Source: Octopus sinensis | Taxonomy: Eukaryota | Assembly (NCBI RefSeq): GCF_006345805.1 | Contig: NW_021826877.1 | Span: 1-11,729 of the forward strand | Reading direction: 5' to 3' | Length of the DNA: 11,729 nt | Shown here: piece by piece, positions 6,653 to 11,729 of the stretch | How the letters are laid out: each line of letters starts with the position of its first letter | How positions within the stretch are numbered: position 1 is the first letter of the stretch | Translations under genes and position numbers: made by a program | The notes under the pieces: generated by a model | Seen by the model: only the letters and a program-made list of their open reading frames with translations | Database searches by the model: none | Told to the model about the DNA's origin: nothing

Positions 6653-7509
6653 AGTCGGAAATGTATTTATTTTTAATCTTTTAAATAAAGACGGAGTTAC
6701 AAAATTACATTTTTCAAAGAATTTGTTACCGGAATTTTCAGGGAATGTCCGTCTAATTAAACAAATTCTTGACAAATTGAGGTTTCATAAATATAGAGCA
6801 ATTTTAGAACTATCCCAAACCGACTTTGAGTGAATAAGCAGAACTCTCCAAAAATATTTTTAATAATCAATATTTTAAATTTCGTGAAAGCACTCTAGAT
6901 ATATTATGAAGCATAAAGGTGTTTTTGAAGATAGGATAAAGAAGAAAAAATCATTTGAACCATCATCTCGGATAGTTCGCATATATAAATGACTCATATT
7001 AAAATAATACAAAAAAATTGACTTTGAAGGAATAAAATCGTAATAAATGATAAAAATATGAAATTTCAAATTCTTTAATCAGTAAAAGAAAGTTCATAAA
7101 GAATTATTCCTTCCAAATCAAATTAAATAAGAATGTGAAAAATACCGATAAATAACACAAACTAAACCAATTACGTGTATCAGCGTGCTTAATTTATTAG
7201 GCTTTCTTTTAAAGATAGGTTAACCATAGTTTACTAACTGTAATTTTAATAAAATAATTTTTATTTTTATTAAGAAGAGATCCCATGTAAACTATACATT
7301 TTTATTTGTTTGTTTAGTATTATATTTCTGATGTTATTGGTACTTGCTGCTCGGCAAAAAACTACAAAATTGACTAAAAAAGAAACCTCGGTGTTTTGTC
7401 TCGACTGACCACAGGGTTTAAATTATTTACTAATCAATCATCAATGTTAACAAAAATCGGCTTTTTACGTCTTAGTATTAGTCGGAAATGTATTTATTTT
7501 TTTAATCTT
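6653..7509 (+). repeat. Dispersed 28-30-bp direct repeat AGTCGGAAATGTATTTAT(T)nAATCTT at 6653-6680 and 7480-7509
   Basis: Identical except for T-run length (5 versus 7). Confidence 0.75.
6992..7303 (+). repeat. Diverged paralogue of the host sequence around the R4-like insertion (4432-4473 joined to 5177-5348), lacking the insertion
   Basis: Shared blocks include ACTCATAT, AAAAATTGACTTT, AATAAAATC, AATAAATGATAAAAATA, AATTTCAAATTCT, TCCTTCCAAATCAAAT and AAGAGAT(T/C)CCATG...TATACATTTTT. The 7-kb copy has about 90-100 extra bp near 7165-7250. Confidence 0.8.
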
Positions 7510-7578
7510 AAAAACGACATTGAGCTGTGAAAATGGTAGAGAACGGACCAAAAACAACGCCTAGTAAACAGTTGAGAA

Positions 7579-7628
7579 TAGCAGACAGAGACCTAGCACT
7601 GTTCCTCCCTATTAGCAGACAGAGACCT
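7579..7628 (+). repeat. 16-bp direct repeat TAGCAGACAGAGACCT (7579-7594, 7613-7628) around an 18-bp spacer
   Basis: Exact match seen in the sequence. Confidence 0.8.
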
Positions 7629-7820
7629 TCAACTAACGTAATGTCACTTATTTCTCAACCTTTCGGACAATTTCTCCAATTTATTTACAACTAACCCGGT
7701 CGTAAGTCGCTGAACTAACACAAAAACACAAACAATGATAGTCGTTATTGCCAAAGGCGTTTATGGGTTCGTAACTAACGAGAATTCTCTATTTTGCTTA
7801 CAAATCAACTCTTAAAGTAA

Positions 7821-8456
7821 AACGAACAGTCGCACTGCACTCACCACTTCTGCAAATCGTCAACCAGACAATCTCTGAGAGTACTTTCTATTACCATTAG
7901 TTTGCCTAAAAGTATTCGAGAATATCCCAAGTCACTCGATATTATAGCTATTCTCCCAAAAATGTCAGTTTCTTTAACAAATTTTTATGTTCTTGTTTAG
8001 TCTGGCCGAAAAAGACTCATGTCGGTGATGTTTCGCAGTTTCAGTTTGGACTCGTAAATATTTTAATTTTTACCAGGTATGTTCTATTTTACTCACAGTG
8101 ATGGAGCATCAGGAAGCAAAGCAGACGAAGCGAAACCAAGCATTTGCCTGCTTGTATGCGTGTAAATTTTGGAATGCAAAAAGGGATTTTCAGTGAGTGA
8201 TATTATTCGGATATTTTGGCAAAAAAGGTGTCCGTGAAAGGCAGAAGGCAGGTTATGGGAAATTGAGTTGGACCGTGACTTTTATTGTCCTGAAAACCAC
8301 CTGTTTGACAGCATTGGACGACCAATGCTAAGGAATGTGATGGAAAACAGGTCTGCAAACACGGGAGTGCCGATGTGCCTATATATCTCTGCCTCAATTA
8401 CTCGTTATAGTCACTTTGTCATGCCACCCAGTCAAGTTCGTTGTTTTGAGTTCTAG
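7821..8456 (+). pseudogene. Possible spliced, degenerate gene of unknown identity (introns 7964-8000, 8054-8098, 8193-8227; in-frame TGA at 8026 and 8235)
   Basis: Locally higher GC, several intron-like segments (8077-8098 GTATGT...CTCACAG is very canonical), and one frame that runs through all exons apart from two TGAs. The Cys/His spacing YACKFW...FQCP...ENH is only weakly FLYWCH/WRKY-like. Splice sites were hand-picked. Confidence 0.25.
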
Positions 8457-10367
8457 AATTATTTCACTCGCTTCTCTAACATTACATCAAACTGAATGGC
8501 CTGTAGAATCACTCTGGTCGATATTGCCTCAATTGTGATGTTTACATGAGGACAGTTGAATGTTAGAGTCTATTGAATATAGTTTGAAAAGTTGAATTCG
8601 AGTTATCTGACTTATCTCAACCGCCAACTCACGGCTGCTCAATTTTCTTAACAAAGTAGGTCTTATTGATCCACTTTTCTAGAACATGGATAAAAAACAA
8701 GTTTAAATTCAGACCGAAGGAGGAAAACACGTGTCATTTGGAACGATACAGTTAGCCCTGAGTATCTGAGACTGGCTATCTATATTTCTTTAATAAAATA
8801 CAGCAGCAGGTAAACGAGTTTGATAAGAACTTTGTTAATAAATAAAAGACTATTTTCTTATGAGGAAAAGATTGGACTAATTTATACCATTTAAATGGAC
8901 TTGAGTAAAGTTTAAATGTAACATATAGGTTCTTAAACATAACGAGTCAGTGCTTAGTGTTTTTCGATATTGCGTAGATAAGACCACAAAAGGCAACGAA
9001 CTGTAAGACCACACGAGTCTTCATCATTGATTGCGACAGTTTCTGATTCCCTCTGGACATGGCTGGTAGTATTTAATGCATATTTTTGATTTCTTAGTCA
9101 CCAATGATGAGTTCATAGTTCTTATTACACATAGGCTGGTTCGCCGACAGTTGTAATTTCAGCGCATTACAATATAACTTACAAATCTGAAAAGTGAATT
9201 GTATTTTTAAAATAATCCTCAAGTATGTAATTCACTGGTGTTAAAAGGCAATTTAAATTAATTATTAACAAGCATGTAATCAGGACAATCAAGAGATCGA
9301 CAAATTGTCAAAAGGACTCATTGTCAGCACAACTGTTTGTTTAGATTGTGAACCATTTGAGTATTAACTAAAAAATTCATAAAAATGCCTACCAGTCGGT
9401 CAAAATCATCAATGACCTGAAAATTTTGGCCCAATAACAATCCACAATTATTAAAATGATAGATATTAATAAATCAGCTGGACTTGAGAGAAACGTTAAT
9501 AAATCGGCTAATATTTTACAAAATGACAGACAAAGTAGGTAACTAAAAGAATAGTCGAGAGCCTAAATGTCAGTCCAACGACTCTGCGATGCATATTGAG
9601 CGAGATTCGCTGAAAAAACAGCTAGTCTTTTTCCGATCGTTAGTTTTCGTCAAACTTTTACGGCCAATGTCTGAATGAAGTTAAGTTCGCAGCCTTGCTG
9701 AACATTTCAGAGGTTCCAAAGAGTTTTTTTCAAAGGACTACTAATAAAACAGCCAAATGTAGAAAAACTTGTTTCTAAATTCATACAACGTTGATTGTGG
9801 TATAAATGAGTTTATTTTTTCTATTTCTTATTCCAAAATTACTTTAGAATCGTCCCCCCTCAGAATCGCTATGGAGATTCTTTTGAATCGCTTGATTTCT
9901 ATCTTCCTTGTGGGTGTCCCCATATCGCAATAAGTTTTTTTTTAATTTAAAGATGTTTAGAGAATTTGGGCTGATGTGTGATTAATTCTCTTTGGGATAT
10001 GAACATCTGACCATTAAAAGACATTTTCCAAGTTTATTCGTTTAATTTTATGTAAGATAAACAAACAGGCTAAAGTATAATCGGGCACTATCCATATTCT
10101 AGCTTTATTCGTTTATAAGTAAATATAGTAGCAGGAGTAAAGGAATCTCCTTTTGTATAATTCAATCATGTTATCAAAATTGGTAAAAAAAATAGTCGAG
10201 TTTATGTAATTTTTTGATTTTTGTCAGAAGTTGCTGAGAATTATTTTTTAGTTGATTGAGCGAAAATAAAATTTTTAATAGTAAAAATTATCATTTTATT
10301 AAATAATAAACTTATGATTAAGTTAAAATCTGGTGTACCTCCCTATATTTAACAATAAAATCTTAAC

Positions 10368-10890
10368 CAATAACACTGATATTTTCAAACACATTTTTAT
10401 ATTCAAATTCAATAATATTTTTCACCATTTTACTATCGCTTTATATTAATTTAAATTACACTGCTTTTAAGGAATTTAGTCCAGCAAATGCGTCTTTTTG
10501 AATTTCTGAAATATGATTTCTGATTAAAATTCTTAAATATTTTTATCTTTTTACATTTCCTGCAGATTCTTCAAATTTTTCAATCCAAAAGGTTGAAACA
10601 ATTTTACATTGGAGCTAAGAATCAGCCTGATTTAAATTAAGTTATCACAAAAACATTTTAACAACTTTTTGACAGTCTTTAAAAAATGTAGAATTTATGG
10701 CCACAATTCGAGAATTTTGAATCAAACTTAATTACTTTAAAATATAAAACATTTGTTTTGTGTCTTCTCTGCATTTGATTGAATTTTGTTTATCAGAGGC
10801 CGGAAACGAGCAAACAAGTGAATGGGAGATGTCCCAACAGGCACGTGTACTTGTTATTTGAATAATATGTATAAAAATAATATAAATCAT
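10368..10890 (-). CDS. Secreted or surface leucine-rich-repeat protein, 5' part. Exons 10890-10751, 10726-10655, 10626-10555, 10531-10460, 10432-about 10370; introns 24, 28, 23 and 27 nt. 3' end unresolved, possibly degenerate.
   Basis: MIYIIFIHIIQITSTRA (signal-like), CWDISHSLVC...KC cap, then three exact 72-nt phase-2 exons: LIQNSRIVAINSTFFKDCQKVVK, LILSSNVKLFQPFGLKNLKNLQE, ILIRNHISEIQKDAFAGLNSLKA, followed by KMVKNIIEFEYKNVFENI. One LRR per exon. Absent from the ORF track. Confidence 0.85.
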
Positions 10891-11233
10891 TAATTAATAT
10901 TCTAATTAATTGTTATATATTTTTAAAATGTAGCAGATACTAAATAATTATAAATAATTACCAAGTAACAGATTGCGTTGTTAATTATATTTAGATTTTT
11001 TTTTAATTTTTAATGTTATCTTTATAATTATTTTTTTATATACTGGTTAACCTTTTTAAAATACTGGGACCTTAACAACATGTTGGTTTTTATGTTCTCT
11101 GCAGTAGGTCAACGTCTCATCAGATGGTTCTATGTATAAAATAGCCTGAAGTACTGCAGAGCATGTTGATTGGCCAACTCGGTTCTTGTCTTTGAGAACA
11201 AAAACCTTTTCGAAGATTCGGAAATGCTAGAAA

Positions 11234-11500
11234 TCACGTTTCACGACAATTTTTGCCTTCCAATAACTTAAAAGACTGTTTGAGACAGTCTTTATTCACC
11301 AACAGTCTTAGACGATGCCGTTTATTTCTATAGATTTTAGAACCGTCCATATCATTGGGAATGGCCTGTTTATTCGACAAAGCTATTCGATTTATTGACT
11401 GTTGTAAGAAAGCCACTTTTGTCAAATAGGTCAGTGTGATTGAGGTAGGGAGGAGTTGAGGAGGTACTGATCGGAAAAATCTAGGAACTCCCCCAAACAA
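11234..11500 (-). other. Unassigned 88-codon ORF in a GC-richer, coding-like block (about 11050-11500); possible gene or TE relic
   Basis: Composition differs from the AT-rich flanks. No recognisable motif, only a TTG start, and adjacent frames contain several stops. Confidence 0.2.
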
Positions 11501-11729
11501 ATAATTAAGTCTCCAGGAAATAAAAAATCAATTTTTATATTATTAAATAGAATGGCTAAACATTTGTAAGTATTGAAACATTCCCTGATTTAGTTTGTTT
11601 TGTCTGACTCCCTATTTGTCGTCCCAAAAACGTGTGTTTTTAAATGTTAGAACATATTAAAGGGGCAATTATTATAAATATTTGTATTAGTTTTTCTAAA
11701 TCATTATCCCGTGCTTTTCTATTAATTCG

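Noticed and set aside
6548-7069. ORFs 6548-6775 (-), 6648-6833 (+) and 6875-7069 (-) as genes
   Set aside because: Short, AT-biased, no recognisable motifs; 6875-7069 overlaps a duplicated non-coding segment.
7579-7628. CRISPR-like repeat-spacer-repeat
   Set aside because: Only two 16-bp units, eukaryotic intron-containing context, no cas genes.
2850-8237. Genome-wide TGA reassignment suggested by several in-frame TGAs
   Set aside because: Most TGAs are explained by frameshifts, and the repaired R4-like ORF appears to end in TGA.
8203-8397. ORF 8203-8397 (-)
   Set aside because: No motif; antisense to the plus-strand intron-like signals.
9005-9160. Faint Penelope-RT-like string FPLDMAVTNDEFIVLITHR after a putative splice
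   Set aside because: Needs a hand-picked intron, is flanked by stops, and the similarity is too weak.
1-11729. Microsporidian host, suggested by the TE proteins and AT richness
   Set aside because: Three genes with dense introns, animal-like MEMO1 exon structure and LRR exon modularity do not fit the intron-poor genomes typical of microsporidia.
1-11729. rRNA or tRNA genes
   Set aside because: No cloverleaf or rRNA-conserved motifs recognised by eye; tRNAscan-SE/Infernal not run.

Overview
AT-rich eukaryotic (most likely animal) genomic DNA with extremely short spliceosomal introns (mostly 23-30 nt), which the six-frame ORF track largely misses. Three host genes can be reconstructed by hand: the 5' five exons of MEMO1 (minus strand, ATG at 551, running off the window start), a small four-TM MARVEL-domain gene (plus, 2699-3214, two tiny introns, two single-base frameshifts), and a signal-peptide LRR gene with 72-nt phase-2 exons (minus, ATG at 10890). 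Between the head-to-head MEMO1 and MARVEL genes sits a complete-looking 1.84-kb Ginger-type DNA transposon (842-2680): TGTNR termini, about 36-bp imperfect TIRs, a near-perfect 4-bp TSD and a frameshifted HHCC-DDE integrase. Further right are two 5'-truncated restriction-like-endonuclease non-LTR retrotransposons. One is CRE-like (about 3441-3837). The other is R4-like (4474-5163), with a 13-bp TSD and an empty-site paralogue 2 kb downstream. There is also a hAT terminus with a CCGAT array, an orphan PHD finger and a hAT transposase relic. About 6.4-10.3 kb and 11.0-11.7 kb remain mostly unresolved. Host identity (myxozoan or dicyemid-like parasite) is inference only. All family assignments are by motif recognition; no database search was run.
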